Shown piece by piece: positions 16,401-25,421 of a stretch of DNA of 64,000 nt. This stretch comes from a virus. The stretch's first letter is position 1, and each line of letters begins with the position of its first letter. A program made the position numbers and the translations under genes. The notes below the pieces were generated by a model. It worked only from the letters and a program-made list of their open reading frames with translations. It was not told the origin of the DNA and searched no databases. Where the stretch lies: IMG/VR virus record IMGVR_UViG_3300018083_000001; one strand, given 5' to 3'.

Positions 16401-18378
16401 AGTCTGGATTCCAGATAATGAATTTGTCTGTAGTATCAGGATTAGCCGAGAAGGCTGAGTTGACTGTTAATACCCTTGTCGTTCCGTTATAAGCGGTGCA
16501 AGTTTTCTTCTCATAGCTTCCGTCTATGTAGCCATAGATGGTTCGACCAACGAACATACCATCAACATTAAACAAAGTCGGGTATAACACCTCGTTGACT
16601 ATCTTAAATGTTGTGGCGTTTGCTGAATTAACTTGAACAAAATCACAGTAATATAATGGCTGATCCTTGTATGGATAAACATCATAGGTCAGACTTGGAT
16701 AACGCGCCGTTCCATTGCCGCCCTGACCGGCTGAATAATCCTGGAATGCCGTATCCCCGAACAGCGGATAGTCTCCAGTATGCCCAGCAGGCATCGTGTA
16801 TGCCACTGACGGAGTAGCACACCAGAACGTGCGAGTCTGCTCGCCCCATTTGTAGACGGTTTCACCAAAAAGATTTATCTTGCCAGTGGAAATGCTTGCG
16901 GCATTCTTCATACCAGTGTCGTTGAACAACAAGCCGGCAAACCGAATGAGCCAAAGCGGAGTGATAAAAAAACCTGCGCCGCACGAGAACGGTGCAGCAC
17001 CAACAAACTGAGCTACTGCATAAGCATCAATAGCAATCTGGATGAGACGCTTCAGGAATTTGTCTCGATCAGAAACATCGTGCAACACGTAACAGGCCAA
17101 CTTGCCCCAGGAACCGCCACGGTCGCGTGGATACCAATTCATATTCATTGCCGGAGACAGCATAGTATAACCGTTACGAGCAGTGCGATGCGGGGTGATA
17201 AAGTATTGCAAATCCTCGCATGACTCTTTGCGCATCTGCTCGTACTGAGTCATGAACGGAATGTAACCGCCATCAGCACCGATATAAACCGAGTCATCAT
17301 CAATGTGCCAAGCGTCAGAAGTAATGCCCTTAGGATTAAAAGGCGAGGTCAGATTTGGCAACAGACTGGTATTCAATTCACTGAAACGTCTGCGGGTCTT
17401 TATTGCGCCGTAATAAGCCGGGCGAAATTCATCAGCCCACGGAATGTAGTTGACGACAGTCAAACATGCCATACGCATCAGAGTCTGAACATTTGACGTC
17501 TGTAAATTGTATTGCGTATCGTCCATAGAAACAGAAGAGACGAGAGAGTCGCCTGGGTGCAAAACCGAACCATTGGTGTGGGCGTTATAAGATGCGTCAT
17601 AATCGATGGCGTTAGCATACGGACCATGCGGCAATAAAGTAGTATCGTTCTCAGTCGCCCTTCCGTCATAACCCTGCTTCATGGTCGTAGTGTAGCCATT
17701 ACCATCCAGCGCCACTTCAACCATCGTGTTGAACGTCGGATTTATCATTCCGCCGTTCTTTGTATTGACTCCTGTTCCGCTTGGAGGAGTGGACATTGTC
17801 GGCATCGGCAGTGTCGTGGCCGTGTAGACCCAGACATCGCCGTTGACATAAGTGCCATTGGTCACTGTGCCAGGGAACGTCCAGGACATCCCATTCGGAG
17901 CAGTCACCGTCGTCGTCCCACCAACAGCCGGATTGGCCGTGAACTCAAGCTCAAGATTATTGAAATTGGTAATCGCTGCAAGTTGCGGGGCCGTCAATGT
18001 TTGCACAACAGTAGTGAATGTTGCAGAAATGCCGGTATGCGTCCAACTGACGATCTCAGTGCTACCCTGCATCAACCGAACGAGCAAATCTGCTACGCCA
18101 CCAGATCCTGATTTTGCGTAGCGATAGCTGACCGTGACCGGATCGACCAATGTCGTACCGCCAGCAAGATTACCGAGGCTGACTCGGCACGTATCATTAG
18201 CGGCTAGCGATGATTGGATATAATCAGCATCATTGATTGATGCCTCATCAATGTACGAGAACAAATTGGCGCCAGCATCCTGTCCAGCCCAAGTGCCATC
18301 GCTCACATCAGCATCAGGCCTCATAAATGCATAAATAATGCTGCTTCGATAACCAAAGAATATTTTAAACTGCGACAT
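13477..18378 (-). CDS. giant virion-module protein with C-terminal LamG/concanavalin-like domain
   Basis: 1633-aa single ORF. The C-terminal ~180 aa (TALIFISVDF ... RVWREGSGAWVNDG ... FAIGSREGIFPFNGLMYRAAMWTGV) fits the LamG_3 pattern. I did not recognise the central region. Confidence 0.8.
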   Translation of the reverse strand: MSQFKIFFGYRSSIIYAFMRPDADVSDGTWAGQDAGANLFSYIDEASINDADYIQSSLAANDTCRVSLGNLAGGTTLVDPVTVSYRYAKSGSGGVADLLVRLMQGSTEIVSWTHTGISATFTTVVQTLTAPQLAAITNFNNLELEFTANPAVGGTTTVTAPNGMSWTFPGTVTNGTYVNGDVWVYTATTLPMPTMSTPPSGTGVNTKNGGMINPTFNTMVEVALDGNGYTTTMKQGYDGRATENDTTLLPHGPYANAIDYDASYNAHTNGSVLHPGDSLVSSVSMDDTQYNLQTSNVQTLMRMACLTVVNYIPWADEFRPAYYGAIKTRRRFSELNTSLLPNLTSPFNPKGITSDAWHIDDDSVYIGADGGYIPFMTQYEQMRKESCEDLQYFITPHRTARNGYTMLSPAMNMNWYPRDRGGSWGKLACYVLHDVSDRDKFLKRLIQIAIDAYAVAQFVGAAPFSCGAGFFITPLWLIRFAGLLFNDTGMKNAASISTGKINLFGETVYKWGEQTRTFWCATPSVAYTMPAGHTGDYPLFGDTAFQDYSAGQGGNGTARYPSLTYDVYPYKDQPLYYCDFVQVNSANATTFKIVNEVLYPTLFNVDGMFVGRTIYGYIDGSYEKKTCTAYNGTTRVLTVNSAFSANPDTTDKFIIWNPDFPNSREGTYNQLFDPNEPNWLGTYMAANQYGHQGLFMASAIMGDEASWGGNGSVAAFARRYLNDPKMWENWGRYFDDSTDFSTFVGSGKFHRDIKGFGGSGNGWMCDLWDSFTFVSRDGITAVFSGKPTTGVYVDGSPWVVAPSGGARLLNFGIDTTGAVAPTGDLAYVGLGSYKGKVMVDPQGLLQGMDDRVHPVSNVGPGSNYSAALSISLPATIDHYPDGSPKTIWLYRGCDNVQSGGAYNACYNILEITVVASAPPANAIKPTGLYVASPGKPTYTTSDINYSLYTPVTRPVGYEEPNWNGYNMLDPFHERPLVRFGPIVYYTSWCPVRSQLAYPAYQAINTNRMILGALSDSPSRNELINRIVRDGLMAYSHVALNMPCNIALGGFGPGMKGLAFFAGRFLNVPAMCVKPGNVTAGIYPDQEFYHEDGAFWYGAHEDLYGSRANPTLGTPKTYPDNHETRDVVYGLTDPTGIVKGYGIAQGGTADSIQLAASLNADSGNPSLFYNMEITGGTGSGQQAEMIHYNDTTKQLLVAPFQAFTDGGGKAQTGGTSTITLQADKSPSIIAGDHIFIWSGTGEGQMRTVASSGWNSSTKVATVTAPWTTQPDNTSYYQVRRGSAFSPAPASGSAYQHHNSATYQIIGSQSCSGLAIALVLASEVGRWGYDSFFVYLKRWIDEEGQVRPPAPPIWNSSNYDYVKWGDTTNWTKLFYDVAEPLWPTGGLRGVQARAYAGSFSITGAEFTENGVTFNGSTWLTKSTQLAPTDGRTALIFISVDFASVVGADPNYLISQLGGTSGTCRHPALSGSLSTIWRDTAAAAPIIMNNTTVIGAERANILISLDADGTSKIRVWREGSGAWVNDGVDDTSGSTLDFEFTAGGSSFAIGSREGIFPFNGLMYRAAMWTGVTADVGNSTVQNNFCNPTTGVLVNPTTSHSAYGTPLFDFYGNAAQWNALTANHGSSTGWVWTGAVS

Positions 18379-18383
18379 AACAA

Positions 18384-18698
18384 TTAAGCCGTCGTTGGAA
18401 TTGCAAGGACAAAGTCAGCCCACTCCTTAGGAGACGTCTGATCAATGCCAACGATGAAGATGTTATCGGCATTCATCTCAGTACTCGTCAGCGCAATCTT
18501 GACCGACACTGAACTTGCTGGCTCCACCACAGGCAATGTTGCTAAATTGGTCAATGCTCCTCCGTCTTTTGAAATTTTCCAATCACCAGCTGCTAACGTT
18601 GGACTGCTTTTAAATGAACCAGGATTGGCTGGATCAACAAGTGAAATGTATGTAACAAAATCTTCATTCTTGACCGGAGGATTATATGGTGCTGCCAT
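18384..18698 (-). CDS. hypothetical protein
   Basis: 104 aa, tightly packed in the operon. Confidence 0.6.
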   Translation of the reverse strand: MAAPYNPPVKNEDFVTYISLVDPANPGSFKSSPTLAAGDWKISKDGGALTNLATLPVVEPASSVSVKIALTSTEMNADNIFIVGIDQTSPKEWADFVLAIPTTA

Positions 18699-18701
18699 GT
18701 T

Positions 18702-19826
18702 CTATAATCCCAGGTTGAATGACGGTCGCGCGGAATATCCTGCTGCTGGAATAAACACCGGCGATATATTACCAATTGCTCGTACATCATCAGTCCATGA
18801 ACCAGGCGAGCCAATGACTTCCTCTGTCCAGTAACAGTTGCCATTGAATGCCAAAGCCGCAGCTTGAACGTCGGCATCTATTGTCGCAGTTGTCAAATGT
18901 CTTATCTTGCGAGGAATAGAAAAGGCAAAAGCTGGAAGCATAGTGAACCGATACCAACGTCCAGCCGGTAGAAAAAGATGCGAGGCAGTTGAGAATACAT
19001 TCACCAATGGAACTGGAGCAGAACCACCAAGAGAGCCAGCTTGATTGGTATATGTTCCTAGCGTAGTACCTTTAGGCAAAGAACTGTCCGGATAAATCTT
19101 CCAAATGTGACCTTCATTACATGTGACGCCAGAGTCAGGATAACCACCCATACCAACCCAAACAACATCTTCATCTGGCTTAAAGCGCAATCCGCGTTCA
19201 TTCACATCACCAGTCGTTGTGACCATTTCATCGAGCAATGTGCCGAGCGGATGCAGCAATCCGGCATACTTAACGATCATCATCGTGCCAGTGAATTGAT
19301 TTGTTGCAGGATTGAATCCAGACGCACTATATGATCCATTAGCCGATGAAGCCAGTGGAGAGCTAACGCCATTGTCCCGGTTCATCGTGACGTAGTTCGT
19401 TGCGCCTCCATCTTGATCACCAATAACGAACGAATAAAGCTTGCCGGCTGTAACTGAAATAGACAATCCACTTTTCTTCACCCAACAATTAGCAGTCGTT
19501 CCATTAAGTGTGATGGTGAAGGCCGAACCAACCAACGTCCCAGGGACAAATGTGCTAGCCATTCCTTCCCTGATTTGACCATTGATCACTCCGTCCGTTG
19601 ATCCCCACGTCCCATTGTACGATGCAACGTAAACCCAGACGTCGGTCAGTGTTCCTGTCTCTTGAGCGAGAAACCAACCAGCAAAACAATTGCCAGAAGT
19701 GCCATACACAAACGCATTATTGAACGCCATTGTCGTCAAGTTAGGGACGCCATTGATTATCTTGGACGGCGACATCTTGTTGGCGCTACCAGTCCGCAGA
19801 TCACTCCATCGAGAAAATGCGGCCAT
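18702..19826 (-). CDS. hypothetical beta-rich structural-module protein
   Basis: 374 aa. The N-terminal jelly-roll-like pattern resembles the N-terminal regions of the two giant proteins. Confidence 0.65.
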   Translation of the reverse strand: MAAFSRWSDLRTGSANKMSPSKIINGVPNLTTMAFNNAFVYGTSGNCFAGWFLAQETGTLTDVWVYVASYNGTWGSTDGVINGQIREGMASTFVPGTLVGSAFTITLNGTTANCWVKKSGLSISVTAGKLYSFVIGDQDGGATNYVTMNRDNGVSSPLASSANGSYSASGFNPATNQFTGTMMIVKYAGLLHPLGTLLDEMVTTTGDVNERGLRFKPDEDVVWVGMGGYPDSGVTCNEGHIWKIYPDSSLPKGTTLGTYTNQAGSLGGSAPVPLVNVFSTASHLFLPAGRWYRFTMLPAFAFSIPRKIRHLTTATIDADVQAAALAFNGNCYWTEEVIGSPGSWTDDVRAIGNISPVFIPAAGYSARPSFNLGL

Positions 19827-19828
19827 GG

Positions 19829-20089
19829 TTATGCGCTCAATGTTATCGTGTAATTGGCAGCGGCATAATCGGATCGCTCTGTAGCGTTCTGCGAGAGACT
19901 AAACAAAGTGTAGCCACGTTGCGTCAACCAACGATGGATCATCGTGAACTGTTCGATGAACGGATGATTGATATCCGTAATGATGTCTTTCACGCTCAGC
20001 GTGGTCACTTCCATGTAGACCTTCTGGCCTCCGCCCATGTCAAAGACGGCCTTGCTGCCTTGGAACGTGAGCGGAGGAAGGGAAGGCAT
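19829..20089 (-). CDS. hypothetical protein
   Basis: 86 aa; the start is adjacent to the upstream stop. Confidence 0.55.
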   Translation of the reverse strand: MPSLPPLTFQGSKAVFDMGGGQKVYMEVTTLSVKDIITDINHPFIEQFTMIHRWLTQRGYTLFSLSQNATERSDYAAANYTITLSA

Positions 20090-20808
20090 TAGGCGATACG
20101 CAGGATGGCGTTGGAAGCGTCTGGCGTCGGGAACACGAAGGTCATCGTACCAGCCGACACTGTCTGTGTGCCACCAAAGTCATGCACCGACACCGAGCGA
20201 TTGATCGCTGAGCCACCGGCATTCGGCGTGATACCTGTCGCATGACCAAGCCGCACCGATGTATTGTAGATAATGCCGGCTGTGCATGAGATGGTCGCCG
20301 TCGTAAGAGATGGATCAGGCGAGAAGTCAGTGAATGCCGTGGAACCGGACACCGTTGGTGTCACATTGGTCAGCGCCATGCCGCCTGATGTATAGCCTGT
20401 GCCAGATGCCTCGTCCGTACCAACGTTTGTCGCTGTTGGACCTGCCGTACCAGGCGTACCAACGTTAGTTTGCGTGCCGTCGAAGGTTCGCGTTGGCGTC
20501 ACCTTGATCAAAAGCAACTTGAAGGCATCGCCAGTCATAGCAATAGTGCCGGTTGTCACAGTACCAGTGTGCGCCTTTGAAAGCGTCACCGCAGTACCAG
20601 AATCAATCGACGCAATGACAGCACCAGCGGCGATGCCGGTGCCTGTTACAGCCATACCAACGGCCATACCGGCAGTAGTAGCCAGACCAGTGAGGGTGAA
20701 CTGACCCGACGTGCCCGCGCCAGCCAAGGAGGACAATGGTCCATTGAAACAGTGCGCGGCTTGTAGCATCTCTTGCTTGTCTGACACGCAGACGGCGGTT
20801 GTTGCCAT
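20089..20808 (-). CDS. hypothetical Gly/Thr/Ala-rich structural-module protein
   Basis: 239 aa. Low-complexity G/T/A segments suggest a fibre or decoration-like protein. Confidence 0.65.
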   Translation of the reverse strand: MATTAVCVSDKQEMLQAAHCFNGPLSSLAGAGTSGQFTLTGLATTAGMAVGMAVTGTGIAAGAVIASIDSGTAVTLSKAHTGTVTTGTIAMTGDAFKLLLIKVTPTRTFDGTQTNVGTPGTAGPTATNVGTDEASGTGYTSGGMALTNVTPTVSGSTAFTDFSPDPSLTTATISCTAGIIYNTSVRLGHATGITPNAGGSAINRSVSVHDFGGTQTVSAGTMTFVFPTPDASNAILRIA

Positions 20809-20846
20809 AATTTAATTCTCCGATTGAAAGGGCCGAGGTGAAACTG

Positions 20847-21401
20847 TTACTTCTGAAGATACTTACTTATGTGCGCATGAACGTTAGCAGCGCCATGGTT
20901 AGCGCGGGCTTCGCGATAAGCCTTGGCTTCTGGATTGCTAGCGTTCTTGTCGGCATGATAGCTGCGCTCGATGTCCATTGCCGTGGCAAAGTGCGAGCCA
21001 ATCATACCAGCAAGCACAGCTTGGACTTCCTTCTTGGCGAAATGTTCGCCAAGGTCAACCTCCTTCTCACCTCCGGTATCAGGATCGGGTATTTTGATCT
21101 TGCCGACCTTCTTAGCAGCGGCAGCAACCTCAGCAACAACTGCGTCACAGTGTTCCCTTGGATCAATCGGTTCAGCGAGACGCTTCATGCCGCCTCTTTC
21201 GATCTTGCCGCGCTCACTGGTTTGTACATTCTCGTGGTGCGGTTGCAAGAGATCAAGAAGCGCCATTTCAAACTTGCGCGCGCCGACAGTGTCCGCGGCG
21301 CCAGAACTGAACACAGACTGGATGATTTGTCCAGCGGTGGTAACTGCCCACTTGTCAGCGGGATGCGGGCCACCATTGGTGACCATAATTCCTACTTGCA
21401 T
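20847..21401 (-). CDS. hypothetical protein
   Basis: 184 aa, with codon usage consistent with its neighbours. Confidence 0.6.
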   Translation of the reverse strand: MQVGIMVTNGGPHPADKWAVTTAGQIIQSVFSSGAADTVGARKFEMALLDLLQPHHENVQTSERGKIERGGMKRLAEPIDPREHCDAVVAEVAAAAKKVGKIKIPDPDTGGEKEVDLGEHFAKKEVQAVLAGMIGSHFATAMDIERSYHADKNASNPEAKAYREARANHGAANVHAHISKYLQK

Positions 21402-21441
21402 GATGGCCTCATTTGATTTGAATTGAAAAGGGAAGGAAAGC

Positions 21442-21473
21442 GGACCGGAGGAAAAGGGTGTAACCTCCGGTCC
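21442..21473 (-). terminator. hairpin (10-bp GC stem) followed by a T-rich tract; possible attenuator after the capsid genes
   Basis: Minus strand reads GGACCGGAGG-12 nt-CCTCCGGTCC, then GCTTTCCTTCCCTTTTC. Confidence 0.45.
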
Positions 21474-21544
21474 TAGGTGAGCTGAGGAGTGGAACTCACC
21501 TACAAAGTCACTTCCATAAGAGTGAGCTGGGAAGGCAACAGCCC

Positions 21545-22258
21545 TTACTCCGTGACCTTGTTCGCATTCTTGTTGTGCTTCTTGATGGCCTTGATGATGT
21601 CTGCTTTCAAGTAGGCATCGCCAAGGTCGATGTTGTTCTGTTCGGCATGTTCCTTGAGCTCAGCGACAGTCATGCCTTCCAGATCTTCATCTTCACTGCC
21701 TTGCGCTTTGTTGGCGCCGGAAGCCGCACGGCCAGAAGCAACCCTGGCCCTGGTTGCTGTAGGATCATTCGGATTTGGCGGACGACCAATCGTCGCTGCA
21801 GCAACCAGGGCCTCTGTGGCTTCTTGGACCTTCTCATGGACCTCTGGACGCAAGCCGCCAGGCTTGTCTTCCATGCCAACTGATTCACGCATCTGACCAG
21901 CCGACTTGCCGATGAACGCGCCATGGTTGTTCTCGAACTCCGTGGCGTCCTTGTCAGGATAGCGGATGTCGGTTGGGGTTGGCTCACTGTAGGTGCCGGA
22001 CGGATTCTTGTCCGTTGCCACCAGCCCACCGCCTTCATTGACACCATAGTTGGCATCGATGCGGCGTTTCGCCTTGTGATCCTCGTAAGCCTGTCGCTCA
22101 GCATCAGTCATCGGCCGATCAGCGTCCGCTGATTTGGCATCTTTGTCGAGCTTGTCTTCATATATCTCGTGCTCGCCTTCTTTGTAATCTTCTTGGTTGA
22201 TGACCTTGTACTCGTTGCCGTGCTCGTCGCTGTGCTTGACTCGTACTGTTCCCGCCAT
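21545..22258 (-). CDS. hypothetical acidic protein with C-terminal HeH/SAP-like motif
   Basis: 237 aa, just downstream of the coat gene. C-terminal MTVAELKEHAEQNNIDLGDAYLKADIIKAI resembles HeH / Rho-N type helix-extension-helix motifs. Confidence 0.6.
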   Translation of the reverse strand: MAGTVRVKHSDEHGNEYKVINQEDYKEGEHEIYEDKLDKDAKSADADRPMTDAERQAYEDHKAKRRIDANYGVNEGGGLVATDKNPSGTYSEPTPTDIRYPDKDATEFENNHGAFIGKSAGQMRESVGMEDKPGGLRPEVHEKVQEATEALVAAATIGRPPNPNDPTATRARVASGRAASGANKAQGSEDEDLEGMTVAELKEHAEQNNIDLGDAYLKADIIKAIKKHNKNANKVTE

Positions 22259-22309
22259 GGGAAGCTCCTTTCGAAAGAAGATGAAACGATAACTTATAAC
22301 GTAGCTAGC

Positions 22310-22331
22310 AGCGCCAAGTTTCCCTGGCGCT
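22310..22331 (-). promoter_or_regulatory. stem-loop immediately 3' of the coat gene
   Basis: Minus strand reads AGCGCCA-8 nt-TGGCGCT. There is no T-run, so this looks like an mRNA-stabilising or processing hairpin rather than a terminator. Confidence 0.35.
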
Positions 22332-22342
22332 ACACCTTTTGT

Positions 22343-23494
22343 TTAGCCAAGCAGCAAAGCGATATGCTCAGGCTTAACAACGCCAACGCCCCAAGCAAGA
22401 GCGACCTCATAGCGAATGCGGCGATATTCGCGATACAACCGCACCTCGAAGCTAATGCCGGACGTTGGATCGGTCACCATCTTCGAGTCATCAGCAGAGT
22501 CACCGCCATCCGGAGCGGCAGGGGCACGCGCCGCAAGAACAAGAGCATTCGGCGTAAATGCTACGTTGTCGGTGAAGTTTGCACCAATCGTCATGTTTGT
22601 CGCCGCTGCTGGGATTGCCTGGAGGAGGCCAGGAGCGTTGATGACTAACGTGCCGGGTGCCGCAAGTCCGGTCTTGACGACATACTTGTTGGTATCACCG
22701 GCGAACGTAACCACGTCACCGGCCAGGATTGTACCAGCGCCAGTAATGACCGGGATTGAAGTCGTACCAATTGGGAAGCCAGCAGCAGTCGAGGTGTACG
22801 CTGTGCCACCGCCCTTGGTGATGACGCCAACGCCAGCGGAGTAGCCAATACCAAAGCCCATGACAGTCGTAAGAATACGACGCCGCAGGAAGTCATCGGT
22901 GTTGGCTTCGTTTGCCTTGAAGAGAACAGCTTGCTTGCCTTCCAAGTTAAACCTTGCGGCACCGCCAATGATCAACCGGCGACCAAATTGCGGTGCGCCG
23001 TTCTGATCGAGGATTTGGTTGAGGCCGGCAAAGTCAGTCAGATCGCCGGCAGTACCAAATGGGGTATTGCCCGCTGTACCGTAGGCGCGTGAAGCTGCTT
23101 TGGCAGCAGCCGCTACCGCGTCAACTTCAACTTGGTTGGCGAGCCAGCGGAATGCTTGTGCGAACTGATCAGCAAGGATCTGATTGTACTGTCCACCAGG
23201 ACCAATTGCGCGTTGCTCTTCACCGTTCCAACGGACCGGCGAATATTTTGACTTCGTGATTGACACAGCTTGTGTACCAACAATGACGTCACCGTCATCC
23301 GGAGGTACAGAAGATGGAGTGATATTGCCGCCAGTTGCCGCTGGCACAACAGGAACAGTTACTGTCTGGCCGACAGCTGCGCGCTCCATCGAGGCATCCC
23401 GCTGCATCGCAGGGATGATACCGATAAGCTCACGGGATACAACGTCCAATCCAGCAAACAGACTGGGAAGGACAGCAGTCAAGGTATTGGCCAT
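22343..23494 (-). CDS. major capsid protein (P22 coat gp5-like family)
   Basis: 383 aa following the scaffold gene. The N-terminus MANTLTAVLPSLFAGLDVVSRELIG..P and the size are typical of P22-type coat proteins. Strong AGGAG RBS. Confidence 0.8.
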   Translation of the reverse strand: MANTLTAVLPSLFAGLDVVSRELIGIIPAMQRDASMERAAVGQTVTVPVVPAATGGNITPSSVPPDDGDVIVGTQAVSITKSKYSPVRWNGEEQRAIGPGGQYNQILADQFAQAFRWLANQVEVDAVAAAAKAASRAYGTAGNTPFGTAGDLTDFAGLNQILDQNGAPQFGRRLIIGGAARFNLEGKQAVLFKANEANTDDFLRRRILTTVMGFGIGYSAGVGVITKGGGTAYTSTAAGFPIGTTSIPVITGAGTILAGDVVTFAGDTNKYVVKTGLAAPGTLVINAPGLLQAIPAAATNMTIGANFTDNVAFTPNALVLAARAPAAPDGGDSADDSKMVTDPTSGISFEVRLYREYRRIRYEVALAWGVGVVKPEHIALLLG

Positions 23495-23587
23495 ATGATG
23501 GCTCCTATGAGTTGAGTGAATTGAAATGGTGGGGCCATCGGCCTAGTCAAGCGTGCCGCCGTCAGCGGAGATAATTGAACCGATCTA

Positions 23588-24379
23588 TCAGACCAGCTGA
23601 ATTTTATCGACCGTCATCTTGGTCATTTGTTCTTGTGGCGTGAGCCTATCAAAGTCAGCACGCGACATGGTCTTTGCGCCATGTTGGCCGTTATTGCCGC
23701 GCCCTCCAGGACCAGATGGCTTACCAAGATATGCCTTGCCTTTCGTGCCAGCCCAATCAGCGACATAGGTAGGCACTTCAATCTCGCCCATGTCTGTAGT
23801 GAATACAGGAACACGGTCGCCCTTCTCGGTCTTAGTAACCTTGACAGATGGCTTGAGGCTGGCGATTGCGCCTTCAAGCAGCTCTGGTTGGACGCCCACT
23901 TCAAGCAGCGCATCCTTCAAACGGCCATCGACCGTGGTCTTGTCAATGTAGCCATCGCGTTCAGCGATCTGCTGCATCAGCGCTGTCTCTTTTTCAGTGG
24001 ACTTCTTCGTCAGGTTCTCAATCTTCTTTTCATAGACCGCCTTCATTGACTGGATGTGCTCATCAGCAATCTTCTTTTTCTTCTCTGGATCGCCAGCATC
24101 ATCGGCGAAATGCGCGACCATCTCCGCGTATTTTTCAGGGTCAAAGCCTTCCGGAATAATTGCGATCTTCTCTTCAAGCTCGGTGACCTTGGCCTTCAAT
24201 TCATCACGCTTGCGGACGTTCTCCTTGTTGGCGGTGATCACACCACGGACCTTTGGATGATCGTCGATCATATCAAGGTCAAGGACAAACTTGCCTTTCT
24301 CCTTTTCATCCTTCTTGTAGAACTCCTTGAGCGTCTCAGGCACATCAGCCTCTGTCTCAAGTACTGCTTTCAAACCCAT
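23588..24379 (-). CDS. capsid scaffolding protein
   Basis: 263 aa from ATG 24379, with an AGGAGAATACCCG RBS. It is Lys/Glu-rich, coiled-coil-like, and directly upstream of the coat gene. Confidence 0.7.
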   Translation of the reverse strand: MGLKAVLETEADVPETLKEFYKKDEKEKGKFVLDLDMIDDHPKVRGVITANKENVRKRDELKAKVTELEEKIAIIPEGFDPEKYAEMVAHFADDAGDPEKKKKIADEHIQSMKAVYEKKIENLTKKSTEKETALMQQIAERDGYIDKTTVDGRLKDALLEVGVQPELLEGAIASLKPSVKVTKTEKGDRVPVFTTDMGEIEVPTYVADWAGTKGKAYLGKPSGPGGRGNNGQHGAKTMSRADFDRLTPQEQMTKMTVDKIQLV

Positions 24380-24557
24380 CGGGTATTCTCCTGTTTGCGA
24401 CATTCAGTCGCATGTTAGATAGTGCGAGCATATCGCTCATATCGTTGATGAAGTCTTTATGATCTTCCGTCCCTTCATCAGCGCAATTTGGATAACATTT
24501 CAAAAGGTAAAGGACCATATTCATAGCCTCTACCTTTTTATTTTCAAAGTCACTCAT
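24357..24557 (-). CDS. hypothetical protein
   Basis: 66 aa track ORF with nothing recognisable. Confidence 0.4.
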   Translation of the reverse strand: MSDFENKKVEAMNMVLYLLKCYPNCADEGTEDHKDFINDMSDMLALSNMRLNVANRRIPDGFESST

Positions 24558-24563
24558 AACAAT

Positions 24564-24698
24564 TCATTTCTTGCGTAGCTTCTTCTTGAAGCCGCCTGTT
24601 GCGTGATAGAACGCAACCTGCTTCTTCGTGAATACGCGACCAGAAGGCGACTTATATTTGCCCTGGCCCTTGCCTTTCATAATCTTCTTGAATGGCAT
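24564..24698 (-). CDS. possible 44-aa highly basic peptide
   Basis: MPFKKIMKGKGQGKYKSPSGRVFTKKQVAFYHATGGFKKKLRKK, from an internal ATG with a GAAGAGG RBS. It overlaps the 3' end of ORF 24652-24855. Confidence 0.35.
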   Translation of the reverse strand: MPFKKIMKGKGQGKYKSPSGRVFTKKQVAFYHATGGFKKKLRKK

Positions 24699-24855
24699 CT
24701 GGCTGAACCTCTTCCAAACTATCAAGCCATTTCTTTTTCTGGCGCTCCTTGCCAGACGGAAGAGAGCCAGTACCATCGAGCCGCTGGTGCAAGGCCTTAT
24801 GCACCTCTGCGTCTTTTAGCATGAGCTCTCTTAGTTGCTCTTCTTGATAAGTCAT
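24652..24855 (-). CDS. hypothetical protein
   Basis: 67 aa; the ATG overlaps the adaptor stop (TAATG). Confidence 0.55.
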   Translation of the reverse strand: MTYQEEQLRELMLKDAEVHKALHQRLDGTGSLPSGKERQKKKWLDSLEEVQPDAIQEDYERQGPGQI

Positions 24856-25415
24856 TATGCCCTCAATAGGTCAACCATTGCCGTCCCACCAACCGCCGCT
24901 TGACCGGCGACTTGCGCGACAAGGTTATCAATTATAGTATAATTCGTTGCGCCCGTCCCGCCACCTTCATACTCGATTGATACTGAACCAGCCTTGAGCG
25001 ATTTAACTTGGCGCTCCATATCTGGTTGCATGGATCCGGGATTTTGTAGCTCACGGTAAGCTGCTTCCGCAGTAGCTTGAAGAAGAGGCCGTGGTATCTC
25101 GTCAACATCAATGATCAATCCTTCTGCATCGACAATGTTCGTCATGTATGGGTCATTGATAAAGACCCCATACTCGATCCAGCCGGCCTTGCGCGGCCAG
25201 AACAATCCTTGCTCATTGCCATAGGTCTTGACGCCTGGATACTTCACCCAGTTGTCGATGGCTCTTGTCCCTTGAATCAAAGCGGACTCAATTTGCTCAT
25301 CGCTATACGCCGATATGTCCCAGTTCAACGTCTCTGCGTAAAGCTCAAAGTCCACCTGTAGCATATAGGTGTTTGCTAAAGGCTCGCCAAGACCTTCTTC
25401 AACGACAAGAGCCAT
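24855..25415 (-). CDS. head-tail adaptor / connector protein (gp6 / DnaT_2-like)
   Basis: 186 aa next to the portal. The pattern ANTYM..VDFELYAE...W ... AL..GTRAIDNW ... Q.LFWPR is typical of these adaptors. Confidence 0.55.
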   Translation of the reverse strand: MALVVEEGLGEPLANTYMLQVDFELYAETLNWDISAYSDEQIESALIQGTRAIDNWVKYPGVKTYGNEQGLFWPRKAGWIEYGVFINDPYMTNIVDAEGLIIDVDEIPRPLLQATAEAAYRELQNPGSMQPDMERQVKSLKAGSVSIEYEGGGTGATNYTIIDNLVAQVAGQAAVGGTAMVDLLRA

Positions 25416-25421
25416 CGCACA

